From a virus, in the IMG/VR virus record IMGVR_UViG_3300023110_000024, positions 12,602-76,601 of that record: a stretch of 64,000 bases of DNA. One strand, 5' to 3'. Below the pieces are notes generated by a model. The model made no database searches and was not told the DNA's origin. It saw nothing but the letters and a program-made list of their open reading frames with translations. The stretch's first letter is position 1; each line of letters begins with the position of its first letter. This document shows, piece after piece, positions 1 to 10,212 of the stretch. Made by a program: the position numbers and the translations under genes.

Positions 1-441
1 TGATGTTCCAACATCTTGATAGCTATCTCGAGCAGTCCCGTATAGTTTTGATTCTGTCATTGCTTGATCCCCAAAGTGTTGTGATGACATAAATTTATAA
101 TCGCGTTTGTCTAAGTTGCTCTTTGTAATGTTTCTCACATCAAAGTTCATTAGCCTTTTTCTAGCAAACTGTCGTAATTCTTTTAGAAAAGAATACCATC
201 CTTTTTTTGTAGTAGAGGTTTGGTCCTCTAGAAAAGTTTCAGCGTACATTACATTCAAACCCTCTTGGCTCAGTTCAACATTTATTGATCCTGTTCCTGG
301 TTTGAATTCAAAGTCAAAGTAGCGTCCTTCCTTAGGATTGTTTGTAACATTTCCTGATTCGTCACCAATAGTAACCTCAGGAAATCTTCCGCGGATTTTA
401 TTAAACAGCTCTTCGCCTATAAAGTCAATATTCTTATCCAT
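1..441 (-). CDS. Hypothetical protein downstream of terminase; runs off the window edge and is not in the ORF track
   Basis: Hand translation from ATG at 441 gives MDKNIDFIGEELFNKIRGRFPEVTIGDESG...; open for 147 codons to position 1; TAAATA lies 5 nt upstream. Confidence 0.8.
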   Translation of the reverse strand, partial: MDKNIDFIGEELFNKIRGRFPEVTIGDESGNVTNNPKEGRYFDFEFKPGTGSINVELSQEGLNVMYAETFLEDQTSTTKKGWYSFLKELRQFARKRLMNFDVRNITKSNLDKRDYKFMSSQHFGDQAMTESKLYGTARDSYQDVGTS

Positions 442-452
442 AATTTTATTTA

Positions 453-2033
453 TCAATAATGATTAGATATAAAGATTGGCATTGGTGGTTCGTATTCGTC
501 ATCTTGCGTCAAACTCTTGAAAGAGTTATATATTCTAGGATCCCAATCTCGTAACACGCCAATCATTCGTATAGCCAGCAGCATGGCAGAAACCAAGTCA
601 TCTGTTTCCTCCATCTTAGCACTATAAGATGCACCGTTAGCTACAAAATTTTTCAGTTCTGATATCAATGCTGCTGAATTTATTTCTAGTTCGTAGTTCT
701 CAATCATAGTTTTCATTTTACTACACGCATTGAGTTTAGAGCTATGTGTAGTGTTGAAGCCTTTCCTATACTTCCGCATATGTCCTTTGCGGATAGGCTC
801 GCTCAAAAATAATCCAGGTATATGTTCTTCACCTAAGTCATTAATAACAATAAGTGCCGCCTCACCAATGGAATTATTTTCTACACTCCAATATAATGAA
901 TTTACATTGTCTAATTTAGATGCAATATGAATACACAAATCTTTTAGCAATCGTATTTGTCCAGGAATAGCAGTAGTGTTATGTCGCCACTCTGCTACCT
1001 GCTTCCAAGTAGGAACTTCTACAACTTGTATAGCAGCATAGTCACCACCAGTTCCCATAGCCGGGTCCAGTGCTACAACATATGTAGCCGCTGGATCTAT
1101 TTTTCTATACCAGCGTATCTGTCCCATGTTCATTATAATTTTGTTGCCTACCATCTCAGCTAAACGTATAGAGTTGATTAGTGTTTCATCATATACTAAG
1201 AACTCGCAGCCATATTCACGTCTAAAACGCTCTTCACCAATACGTCCTAGTTCAGCCTCTTTCCATTTTTCATCTCTATCAGGATGCTCGTCCCAGCGGC
1301 AGGTAAAAGATTTAAATCCGTTTATACCTAAATCTTGTTCGTTGCCGTGCTCGTCAAACTTGTGTTCAGCTTGCTTCCAAATTGTAGCAAATGTATCTTC
1401 GTCTGAGTTTGGAGTAGATGTAATAATGGCACGCCCACCAGTTGCTAGTGTAGGAGAGATAGAAGTCCAAAATTCTTCAGCTATGTTTGGAGCAACGAAC
1501 GCAAACTCATCACAGTATAGCAGTGATATGGACATACCTCTACCAGTGTTACCTGTAGTGGTTGCACTTACAATCCTGCTACCGTTTTCGAATTCAATGC
1601 TACCTTTATTGTAACTGATTACACCTGCACGAATATGATCTGGACAACATTCATACACATAGCGAACTCTCTGCATAATCTCTTGAGCGCCTGTGTATTT
1701 GTGAGCAGCGATTAGAATTGTTTGATCTGGATGAAACATAGCGTACCACATCAAATATATTGCCGCGCAGGTTGTTTTGCCTGTCTGGCGTGGTAGCATA
1801 TTCACATTGAAGCGATGATTGTGATATGTATCCATTAGTCTGACTTGATAGTCAAACGGATCAAATAACAATTTACCTTTGACAGGATGTTGTATGTAAG
1901 CGTAGTGTTTGGAAAAGTGCAAGTATCCTTCCTCAGGATCCATGCACTTCATTAATTCTTCTATTTGTTCATTGGTGTATTGTTCTTGCTGGTTAGCTTT
2001 TTTAGTTAATACCCCATCCAAAGATTTTGACAT
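453..2033 (-). CDS. gp17: Terminase large subunit (T4 gp17-like)
   Basis: Walker A PRQTGKTT, Walker B LLYCDEFA, coupling motif ITSTPN, RNase H-like nuclease acidic motifs VVALDPA and DDLVSAM. Confidence 0.96.
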   Translation of the reverse strand: MSKSLDGVLTKKANQQEQYTNEQIEELMKCMDPEEGYLHFSKHYAYIQHPVKGKLLFDPFDYQVRLMDTYHNHRFNVNMLPRQTGKTTCAAIYLMWYAMFHPDQTILIAAHKYTGAQEIMQRVRYVYECCPDHIRAGVISYNKGSIEFENGSRIVSATTTGNTGRGMSISLLYCDEFAFVAPNIAEEFWTSISPTLATGGRAIITSTPNSDEDTFATIWKQAEHKFDEHGNEQDLGINGFKSFTCRWDEHPDRDEKWKEAELGRIGEERFRREYGCEFLVYDETLINSIRLAEMVGNKIIMNMGQIRWYRKIDPAATYVVALDPAMGTGGDYAAIQVVEVPTWKQVAEWRHNTTAIPGQIRLLKDLCIHIASKLDNVNSLYWSVENNSIGEAALIVINDLGEEHIPGLFLSEPIRKGHMRKYRKGFNTTHSSKLNACSKMKTMIENYELEINSAALISELKNFVANGASYSAKMEETDDLVSAMLLAIRMIGVLRDWDPRIYNSFKSLTQDDEYEPPMPIFISNHY

Positions 2034-2045
2034 TGTTCTATATTT

Positions 2046-3065
2046 TTAGAGCCCAGATAGTTTGCGGATGTCGTCCATCTCTTCATCATATTGACTACTA
2101 TTGATTTGATCCTCTGGTGCGTCCTCAATCTTCTTCTTTAGATGTGGAGGAAGATTGTGCTGCTTACCTTTGAGTTCTTTTTCTCGTGCTGCTTGCTCGC
2201 CTTCTGTTCTTCTTCCTGCAGATCCACCTGCACGTGTTCGACTAATGTTTGCTAAATGTCTGCGTTTTGCTTTCTTCTCTTCTCGTTCTACAGCCTCGTC
2301 ATAGTCTGTGCCTAGATCCAATACTTTGTTGCCGTACATTCTTTTGAGTTTGCGGAATTTGGAGTTTGGAAGCGCCATGATGTCTGCGTTCTCATTAGGG
2401 ACTTCAATGTCACCAGCAAAGCGATTATCGTCTTGGATGTCCATATAGTCATCGTCGTTAGGAACTATAAAGTATGTTCTGTCACTACGTCCTGAGAAGT
2501 TGTTACTACCTTCATCTCTGCCATCAATCTCTGTAAAGTATTTTTCATTCAATGCTTTCCAAAGTTCTTTCTTAAATTTACTTTCCATTGCCATTGGATC
2601 CTTTACTCTAATGTCTGATTTTTTGTTGCTTGGTCCACCTGATACATTCTTTCTCAAAAAGTCTCCGTCTTGATATTTCTCATCTGGGGAGTTGTCCCAG
2701 TCACCATCGCCTTCTGCTTCTCCGCAGGGTTCGTCACCGTGGATTCCTCCACAAGTGTCACAAGTTGAAGGTCCGTCTAAATCTAATCCAAGAGGTTTAG
2801 ATGGAGGCATCCCGTCCAAGTCTGGAGCAAGTGCTGGTCCAATTGGTGGCTTAATGTCTGGAATGTCCAGCCCAATTGGTGGCTTTGGTGCGTCACCTAA
2901 TCCAATTGGCGGGAGAGCGGGTTTATCTAAACCCATAGGTGGTTTATCTCCACCAGTAAAGATTCCCATCAAATCTTTTATCTCTTGACTGTTTGTTCCG
3001 TTTAGCGATATATTTACGCTAGCTTCATTCAGCCCAGCCAATTTTTTCATGTCTTGTAAATTCAT
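2046..3065 (-). CDS. Low-complexity protein, probable internal head/prohead core protein
   Basis: Pro/Asp/Gly-rich; N-terminal MKKLAGL and C-terminal IRKLSGL match the scaffold C-terminus IRRLAGL. Confidence 0.45.
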   Translation of the reverse strand: MNLQDMKKLAGLNEASVNISLNGTNSQEIKDLMGIFTGGDKPPMGLDKPALPPIGLGDAPKPPIGLDIPDIKPPIGPALAPDLDGMPPSKPLGLDLDGPSTCDTCGGIHGDEPCGEAEGDGDWDNSPDEKYQDGDFLRKNVSGGPSNKKSDIRVKDPMAMESKFKKELWKALNEKYFTEIDGRDEGSNNFSGRSDRTYFIVPNDDDYMDIQDDNRFAGDIEVPNENADIMALPNSKFRKLKRMYGNKVLDLGTDYDEAVEREEKKAKRRHLANISRTRAGGSAGRRTEGEQAAREKELKGKQHNLPPHLKKKIEDAPEDQINSSQYDEEMDDIRKLSGL

Positions 3066-3066
3066 A

Positions 3067-6000
3067 TTACCTTCCTGTTATAAAGTATTTAGCGTTCCTG
3101 TATGTATTTAATCTCTCAGTAAGTTTTTTCATCTTACGATACAATATTATTTTGTGAGATTCTGTTGTTTCTTCTTTATAATGTCCTGAGCTAAGTCTTC
3201 TAAGAATAAATTCTTCGTGAGCATCAGCACGTTCATCTTTATATGCTAGAGGATTTATTGCCTTTACTCTTTCATATTGCTTCTCAGCTTCTGTTGCTAA
3301 AAATCTTGCCATCTCTACTTTTATACCAACAACACCGGATGCTCTTCCATTAAATATGTCATCAACATATCTTCTATCATTAGGATTTTTTATATTTTGG
3401 ATAATTTGGTTATAGTTGTCTGTTAGAAAATATCCATCATAGTTATCGAGAACTTCTTGAAGGGCATACTTAGCATCTGTCATTTTATTTGGATCTACCA
3501 TACCAAAGCCCAAAGCCCCTTGACTCAAATCAACTGTAGGTGCGTTTCTAGCATCATACCTTCCAGCTGGAGCAGTTGTTTCATTACTTCCTATAATAAT
3601 AGGATGTCCTTCTGCAAATACTTGATTGTTAGGCTCGTTTCGTATATCCTTAAATGTTTTACTTAAGACTTGTAATCCACCATTTTTGTCAATATTTATG
3701 AAATAATATGGTCCTTGCTTCCATCGTCTTGCTATACTTTCTACTCTTTTCCTAAACTCTCTCATATCACCGCTTGTTCTAGGTTGTTTAGGAACATCTC
3801 GAACAACACTTAATTTATGAATATTAAACGGAGTCAAAGGCATTTCTACAGGCTCATCTTTTCCTGTTTCAGCATTTGGTTTAGACACTGTTACAGCAAA
3901 TCCTCCTCCACCATATGTTTCTCCCATAAAGTTTTCTTTAGCCCATTTGTTGTTGAAAACTCTACCACCTGTAATATCGTTTTTCCATTGCTCAAGTCCG
4001 CCAAACCACCACTTTGGATTGAAGGCTGATACAGAATCATATTGTAACATTCTAGCTACATATGCTCGTTTATCGTCATCGCTAGTATCATCGTTTCTTA
4101 AATAGGCATCTATTTTTTCTAAATCTTTTTCTCTCAATGCCATTAGCTCTTCATTAGTGTCATCTATCCATCCAGCTGCTACCATGAGAACTACTATATC
4201 ATATACATCTAATAAATCAAGAGCCCATATAGCCAAACCAAATGCGGCACCAGGTACGGCACCAATAGCAGCACTGGTTGCAACTATTGCTATTCCTAAT
4301 TTTTTAGCTATTGAAGTTGCGACTGATTTAGGCATCTTAGCTAATCTCTCAGCTATCTCTCTACTAGATGGGAGACTTTTTGATACGTTAGCTTTATGTT
4401 GTTTCTCTAAACTTTCTGAGTTAGCTCCTGCTTCTATCTCTTTTCGTTGAGCCTCTATTTTTGCTGTGCCTTTGTTTATTGCTGTATCTAATTTCTTTTG
4501 TTCGTCTCTTCCGCCTTCAAGTTCATCAAGTTCTTTAGCATCCTTAACGCCTAATCTATCAGCCTGGGCTCTATCAGCATCTGTTAGGTTTTTCTTGCGT
4601 TCTTCAAAGTTGCCGCCTGACGTTCGTTCGTCGATAGCTTTTCTCTCTTCTTTAAACTCGCCCCATGTATTTTTATTTTCTTCAGATACTGGAATTAGTT
4701 TTCCAGGACCAGCTTTGTTTATTGCGTCCTGTGTTGTGCCTGCCATCGTGTTTGTTTCTGGGCCAGCCATACTACTTGATGTAGGCTTTTGTAGTTCTCC
4801 GTCTTTTGGGGTAATGTTTCTTTGATTTATAGTTCCTGGTTGTTCTGAGTTTGCTACGCCTAAATCGCTTAATGCTTGTTGCATTTGAGCATCAGCTTTT
4901 TGAGGTATAGTAGCAGTTTTTAGTGGAGTAGTGGGACTGTTAAGTTGTTGTGCTACAGTGCTAGTAGCCATTTTGCCAGTAGTATTATTTCTCCACTGTG
5001 CTCCTAGCCATTCATACTCAGCACCGTTTACCATCTTTTTGTCACCAACAGTGTATTTTGTTTGTGTTGAGGATGGCGGTGATTGACCATTCATAGCAGC
5101 AATTTTATCAGCTTGTGCTTGAATTTCTGCTGCTGGGGTAGATGGTTCTGGTTCTACTGTAAGCTGACTTTTAGGATCAAAGTTTGGTGATGGATCTGGC
5201 TCTGCTAGCTTTCTTTGTTGGATATTGTCAAACTCTGTATTGGCTTGTTTTGTTAGTTCAGCTGATTTATCTCCAGCTGGTGCTGTGCCAGTCTCTGGAA
5301 ATGTTTTAGCATCGCGCATTTCTCGTTCAACAGATTGTTGTAGTTGTTCTGAGTTGGGAGAATTTTTTACAGAATTCCAATATGCTGTCGCTGCTTTATT
5401 TGTATCAGCTTGGAGTTGAGCTATCTCTCTTTCATAGGCAGCAGTTCGTCTAGCCCTTGCTGCTTCTTCTCTACCTTCAGCTCCTAATTTTTGAGCATCT
5501 TCAATATATTTTTTTCTTGCGGCTTGTTCTGCTGCCATTGCTTTTTCATATGCTGTATATGCTCGCATACTTTCACCTTCGGCATTTTGCATCAGCCGAC
5601 GCATCTCTCTTTCATGTTTTTGCATAGCAAGAAGCTGTTCTTGCTTTCTAGCTATCGCAGCATTCTCTGCAGCTGATAGATTAGTTTCCAAACTACTACC
5701 AAAAGTAGAACCATCAACCGGTCTATTGTTTGGTGTATGTGCTGCCAGTGTCTTGCTAATATTTGCCTGTCCCATAGCTTTTTCAAGTTTGTCTAAATCT
5801 ATTGTGCTACCTTGCATAGCATTGGCAACAAACTTTGGAGCATTTTTATCTTTCCAAGTTACTTCTATAGACTGTGCAAACTCTTGAGGTTTTATTTGAC
5901 CATGTGTTAATCTTTCTAGTGCTTCTTGCCCAGCGTCTGAAGTTAATGATTTATTCAGTGTAGAATCTTTAGCTTGGAATATGTTTAATAATTCTTCAGT

Positions 6001-9000
6001 TTTTGTAACTTTTGGGTCCACCAGTTCAAATGGAATGTTATTTCGTGTAACCCCGTTTTGCTGTATCCATGATGCTAAATCATCTCCTGAAAGAACTGTA
6101 GCAGAATTTCGGTATCGCTCTAAATCTATTTCTCCACTCGTTAAAGGTTTAGATTCTTTTGAGATTGGTTCTAGTTTTGCGTTGGGTCTTGGTAGCCTAG
6201 TATCAACATTAATCTCAAAGTTTTTAAGCTCATCCATAAAACCTCCATTGGTATAAGTGGAGTTATTAGATATTAGTCCCGCAGTAACTTGTTTCAAGTT
6301 TGTCTTACTTGCTTCTGGCAATCCACCAACATTTATTTTACTGACATATAGTTTAGTTAAATCAGTAATGTCATCTAATAGTTTAGGATTAATATTTTTC
6401 ATTGATGCCCGCATGTCATTTAGATACTTTTCTAAATTTCCATCTGGTGGATTATCAGCTCCGTCTAATATTCCTAGTAATAGTTTATGCTGAGCGTTAT
6501 GTTCTATTTTAGGAAGCTCAGGCATCTTGTTAGGATCAAGAGCTTGAAGCACCTTGACTGGAGTGTTGCTATTGATATCTATTTTGATAGGACGATGGGT
6601 TGCAGGTGTTATGCCTCCACCGCTTACTGATTGAGCTGGTGCAGGAATTTGATTTCCAAGTCTTAGTTGTTGAGCCGTAGGCATTTCTGCTTTTTTAGAT
6701 TTCGTAGATGCCGGCGTTATAATTGGCTCTTTAGGTAGAGCAGGCTTGACAGGTTTTTCACCTCGTAATGCACCTGGGTCATCGAGATTAACTGGGACTG
6801 GTCTTTTGCTTGGATCAGTTGTTTTTGTCCTTAAAGTATCGTCAACATCACCACTTCCTTGTCGAGCTACTCCTGATTTACCTGGACCTTCTTTATCAAA
6901 CTCTATTGGTGTATTTTTACTTGGAGTAACATCATCGTATTTTGATAATGGATTTTCATTTGGGTTTTTTAGAAACTGTTGGCTTTTAGCTATTGCTCTT
7001 TCTCTGCTAGCGTCATCTATACCTGTTTGCCATATAGGCTTTCTTTCTCCATATCCATCATTCGAACTAGTTTTAATGGTCTCTTTACCACCTGTCTTTT
7101 TTATTTGATCATTTCTTAGTGGCTGTTGCGGCCCATGTGGAGTGGGTCTAACGATTGGCTCTTTTATGCTTGATCCGCTTGGGGTAACATCATTGTATTT
7201 TGATAATGGATTATTTGGCTTTGGATTCTTAAGAAATTGTTGAGCTTTCCTAGCAGCATTCTGTCGTCGAAGTTCTTCAGGATCCAATTGCCCAGCAAGC
7301 TCGTCAGCGTGATTTGGACTGGCGCTAGAACCAACACCTGCTTTTAATCTATCTGGGGTTCTCCTGTATTTAGGACCAACATCGTTTGTCCTATATCTAT
7401 TAGCTAGTTCTGTATCAGGGTTAGATCCATCGTATGCTGCAGCATTTCTTCTTGCTAAATCATCAGCACTGCCTAATCTACTTTTGCTTATATCTGTCTT
7501 TTTAGATGCTTCCGGGCGTTGTCTAAATTGATCTTTTCTAGCATTGTCCCATTTATTGTAATTTGAATCGTAACCTGCGTATCTTTTACCGCCTAACCTT
7601 TGATGACTTCCTGCTACACTGCTTGGGCTAGTTAATTTTGATAATCTGTTTAATTTTCTAGTATTAATATCATCAGCTCTTCGTGCTATTTCTTCTGGGC
7701 TAGACGCTCTGTTTCTGCCCATACGAGTATTAGTTCTAAGATTTTGTTTTCGTCTAGTTTCAAAATCAGCAGCTCGTCTTCCTGCTTCATCTGGATTAGA
7801 TGCTCTAGTTCTTCCCCTATTAGCATCAACTCGAAGATTTTGTTTTCGTCTAGTTTCAAAATCAGCAGCTCGTCTTCCTGCTTCATCTGGATTAGATGCT
7901 CTAGTTCTTCCCCTATTAGCATCAACTCGAAGATTTTGTTTTCGTCTAGTTTCCCAATCAGCATTTCTTCTTCCTATTTCATCTGGGTTAGAAGTTCTGC
8001 TGAGATTGCGCCGTCTTTGATTTAATCTGTTTCGTCGTCGCCAGTCTTGCTCAGCCTTGGGATCATAGTCAAATGTATTTTGACGACTCATAGGCCTACG
8101 GTTTGGATCTGGCTTTGGATCTGGCTTTGGATTTTTACCATCACTTCTGCCAGTGGCTACTCTTTTCTCACTCCATGGATCCTCACCATGGATCATTTTC
8201 TTTTTACGTTTTGAATCTAGTTCTTCAGGTGGTCGATTCTTTAGTGGTTTTTCAGGTGGATCTGCTCGTAATCTCTCAGGTGGTTTCTTTTCTGGTGTTG
8301 CTCCATTTACCCGTTTCCTACCAACAAGCCCAGCAGCGAGGATTGCCGGAAGAGCAGCAGCATTAACGGCATTAGATACTGCTTCCTCAGATGGTATAGT
8401 ACAATCAATGTTAGCATTCAACTCGCTTACTGCTTTACGAGCTTCGTCAAAAGAAAGTTCTTTGTCAAAATAAGGATCACCTGCTTCTTTGCCTGGCTCA
8501 GATAGATATATTTTAAATTTTAATCCTGATCTTGCCATAAAAAACTGTGGACAGCCATCATCTTCTGCTTTAGCTGCCACAGGTTCAGTATTGGTTTTTG
8601 CGCTTACTGTTGTAGAATTTTGATTAACTGGACGTTGGACTACAGGAACTTCAGCAGGAGGTAGTTCTTCTTTAGGCTTTTTTTCTTGAGGTTCAAGTTC
8701 TGGTTCTGGCTGAGGTGCAGAGCGATTTAGTTCTATCTCATAATAGTCAGCTGCCTCAGGATGCAATACTCCTAAATCATTTAGTCGTTCAGCAGATGCT
8801 TTGTCACTATCATCTAAATCAATACCAGCGCCAGTTCCTTTTAGATTGGAATAAGCTACAGCAGGAGCTTTAGATCCAAAGAATTTAGTAATTGCATTTT
8901 GTCCCGCATAAAAGAATGCTTTTACTCCTAGCTTGCGAGCAATTCTCCCATAATAGTTATCAGAGAATGATGCTGCGCCAGCTGGACTTTTCCCCCAACT

Positions 9001-9174
9001 AGATTTTGATTGCTCAAATTTTTGTGCTTGGGAATACCCTGCTTCAATTTGTTCAAATGTAGGATTGGCTGGCAGTGAATCAACTATACGTTGTATTTCA
9101 GCATCTAAAACTTTACCGCTGCCAGATTTCCCTTCAACTATTGGACGATGTATTGCGTAGTCCGACTGTTTCAT
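3067..9174 (-). CDS. Very large (2035 aa), mostly low-complexity protein; candidate internal/ejected virion protein
   Basis: Intact ORF with Arg-rich tandem repeats, Pro/Lys-rich tracts, coiled-coil segments and one long hydrophobic stretch (GIAIVATSAAIGAVPGAAFGLAIWALDLLDVYDIVVLMVAAGW). Confidence 0.5.
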   Translation of the reverse strand: MKQSDYAIHRPIVEGKSGSGKVLDAEIQRIVDSLPANPTFEQIEAGYSQAQKFEQSKSSWGKSPAGAASFSDNYYGRIARKLGVKAFFYAGQNAITKFFGSKAPAVAYSNLKGTGAGIDLDDSDKASAERLNDLGVLHPEAADYYEIELNRSAPQPEPELEPQEKKPKEELPPAEVPVVQRPVNQNSTTVSAKTNTEPVAAKAEDDGCPQFFMARSGLKFKIYLSEPGKEAGDPYFDKELSFDEARKAVSELNANIDCTIPSEEAVSNAVNAAALPAILAAGLVGRKRVNGATPEKKPPERLRADPPEKPLKNRPPEELDSKRKKKMIHGEDPWSEKRVATGRSDGKNPKPDPKPDPNRRPMSRQNTFDYDPKAEQDWRRRNRLNQRRRNLSRTSNPDEIGRRNADWETRRKQNLRVDANRGRTRASNPDEAGRRAADFETRRKQNLRVDANRGRTRASNPDEAGRRAADFETRRKQNLRTNTRMGRNRASSPEEIARRADDINTRKLNRLSKLTSPSSVAGSHQRLGGKRYAGYDSNYNKWDNARKDQFRQRPEASKKTDISKSRLGSADDLARRNAAAYDGSNPDTELANRYRTNDVGPKYRRTPDRLKAGVGSSASPNHADELAGQLDPEELRRQNAARKAQQFLKNPKPNNPLSKYNDVTPSGSSIKEPIVRPTPHGPQQPLRNDQIKKTGGKETIKTSSNDGYGERKPIWQTGIDDASRERAIAKSQQFLKNPNENPLSKYDDVTPSKNTPIEFDKEGPGKSGVARQGSGDVDDTLRTKTTDPSKRPVPVNLDDPGALRGEKPVKPALPKEPIITPASTKSKKAEMPTAQQLRLGNQIPAPAQSVSGGGITPATHRPIKIDINSNTPVKVLQALDPNKMPELPKIEHNAQHKLLLGILDGADNPPDGNLEKYLNDMRASMKNINPKLLDDITDLTKLYVSKINVGGLPEASKTNLKQVTAGLISNNSTYTNGGFMDELKNFEINVDTRLPRPNAKLEPISKESKPLTSGEIDLERYRNSATVLSGDDLASWIQQNGVTRNNIPFELVDPKVTKTEELLNIFQAKDSTLNKSLTSDAGQEALERLTHGQIKPQEFAQSIEVTWKDKNAPKFVANAMQGSTIDLDKLEKAMGQANISKTLAAHTPNNRPVDGSTFGSSLETNLSAAENAAIARKQEQLLAMQKHEREMRRLMQNAEGESMRAYTAYEKAMAAEQAARKKYIEDAQKLGAEGREEAARARRTAAYEREIAQLQADTNKAATAYWNSVKNSPNSEQLQQSVEREMRDAKTFPETGTAPAGDKSAELTKQANTEFDNIQQRKLAEPDPSPNFDPKSQLTVEPEPSTPAAEIQAQADKIAAMNGQSPPSSTQTKYTVGDKKMVNGAEYEWLGAQWRNNTTGKMATSTVAQQLNSPTTPLKTATIPQKADAQMQQALSDLGVANSEQPGTINQRNITPKDGELQKPTSSSMAGPETNTMAGTTQDAINKAGPGKLIPVSEENKNTWGEFKEERKAIDERTSGGNFEERKKNLTDADRAQADRLGVKDAKELDELEGGRDEQKKLDTAINKGTAKIEAQRKEIEAGANSESLEKQHKANVSKSLPSSREIAERLAKMPKSVATSIAKKLGIAIVATSAAIGAVPGAAFGLAIWALDLLDVYDIVVLMVAAGWIDDTNEELMALREKDLEKIDAYLRNDDTSDDDKRAYVARMLQYDSVSAFNPKWWFGGLEQWKNDITGGRVFNNKWAKENFMGETYGGGGFAVTVSKPNAETGKDEPVEMPLTPFNIHKLSVVRDVPKQPRTSGDMREFRKRVESIARRWKQGPYYFINIDKNGGLQVLSKTFKDIRNEPNNQVFAEGHPIIIGSNETTAPAGRYDARNAPTVDLSQGALGFGMVDPNKMTDAKYALQEVLDNYDGYFLTDNYNQIIQNIKNPNDRRYVDDIFNGRASGVVGIKVEMARFLATEAEKQYERVKAINPLAYKDERADAHEEFILRRLSSGHYKEETTESHKIILYRKMKKLTERLNTYRNAKYFITGR
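7738..7962. repeat. In-frame 96-nt (32 aa) tandem repeat, about 2.3 near-identical copies
   Basis: aagattttgttttcgtctagtttc starts at 7738, 7834 and 7930; unit ETRRKQNLRVDANRGRTRASNPDEAGRRAADF. Confidence 0.9.
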
Positions 9175-9176
9175 TC

Positions 9177-9680
9177 TTAATTGCTTTCACCTGTGGAAAA
9201 ATTTACTGTTCTTTCTTTACGGGCTACTTCAAGTTCTTTGAGTAAGTCCATTACACGATTGGCTCCTACTTGATCCTGTGCTGATTCTCCACCAAGCTCT
9301 GGATTAGTAATAAGAGGCTCGTATGGTTTGTCCTCATCTTGCTTTGTATATTCATCCATAGGATCGTATTCATTGCGAATGCTTAGATGCGATTCTGGAA
9401 AAGGAACCTCATCTTTAATAATATTAGCCAATATCTGTGTAGTAGTAGGATAGTTTAGCTCAATATCAAAGTGTGTAACTTCTACATTGCTTAGGCGTGG
9501 AAAGTCCAATGGAGTTTCAGTAATAGGTGTTGTTTTAGCTTTTTGGCATTTAATAACCTCAAATTTATTTAGACAGCCTTCTAGCTTTCCTTCAAACCCT
9601 TCAGGTAGCTCTCCTGCTGCCCGTAATTTGAAAACATATGTTTTCTTAGTTTCCATTAAATAATCGTTAAAGTGTTTCAT
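9177..9680 (-). CDS. Hypothetical virion protein with a T4-like capsid-targeting N-terminus
   Basis: Starts MKHFNDYLME, resembling the T4 internal-protein signal MKTYQEFIAE; has its own TAAATA and a Shine-Dalgarno. Confidence 0.45.
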   Translation of the reverse strand: MKHFNDYLMETKKTYVFKLRAAGELPEGFEGKLEGCLNKFEVIKCQKAKTTPITETPLDFPRLSNVEVTHFDIELNYPTTTQILANIIKDEVPFPESHLSIRNEYDPMDEYTKQDEDKPYEPLITNPELGGESAQDQVGANRVMDLLKELEVARKERTVNFSTGESN

Positions 9681-9700
9681 AATCAGATTCCTCGTTTCTA

Positions 9701-10198
9701 CTATTTATCAATATTTTTTAGTTTCTCAATGAGGCTGTTTCTGTCACTTACTACAAATCCTTCAGTCTCAATTACTCCTTGCGCCTCTTTAGGCTTAGTG
9801 TCGTGATCCAATTTGTCCTTTTTTAGTTGTAGCTCTACCATCTTTATCTTTTTATCTAGCTTTGCTACCTTGGCATCTAAATTAGTCTTTAGCATTTGTC
9901 CCGCTACTTCAAAGATGCGCGAGCTATAACGGGACTCTACGTTCATACCTAAGTCCATTAGATCATCATAAGCGTCCATGCTACGTTGTGCTACCTCGTC
10001 TAATTCAGCATCAGCAGCATCGCCCAAGCCTTTTACTTTAGGCAACGCTTCTGTAATTTTGTCAAAGTCTGCTACTTTACGGAGAGTATCATTCAACTCT
10101 TCTTTAGTTTTTCGTTGTTTGCGTTTTGGTTTGGCATCCTCTTGAATGATTTCCTGAGACTCAGGAAGATTCAAAAGTTCCTCAAGTTTTTTTGTCAT
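9701..10198 (-). CDS. gp16: Probable terminase small subunit (gp16-like)
   Basis: Helical 165 aa; SRIFEVAGQMLKT and C-terminal FVVSDRNSLIEKLK resemble the PRAYEVAGQLIK and FVGSTxELxKLL patterns of T4-like gp16. Confidence 0.6.
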   Translation of the reverse strand: MTKKLEELLNLPESQEIIQEDAKPKRKQRKTKEELNDTLRKVADFDKITEALPKVKGLGDAADAELDEVAQRSMDAYDDLMDLGMNVESRYSSRIFEVAGQMLKTNLDAKVAKLDKKIKMVELQLKKDKLDHDTKPKEAQGVIETEGFVVSDRNSLIEKLKNIDK

Positions 10199-10212
10199 AT
10201 ATACCTTTTATT

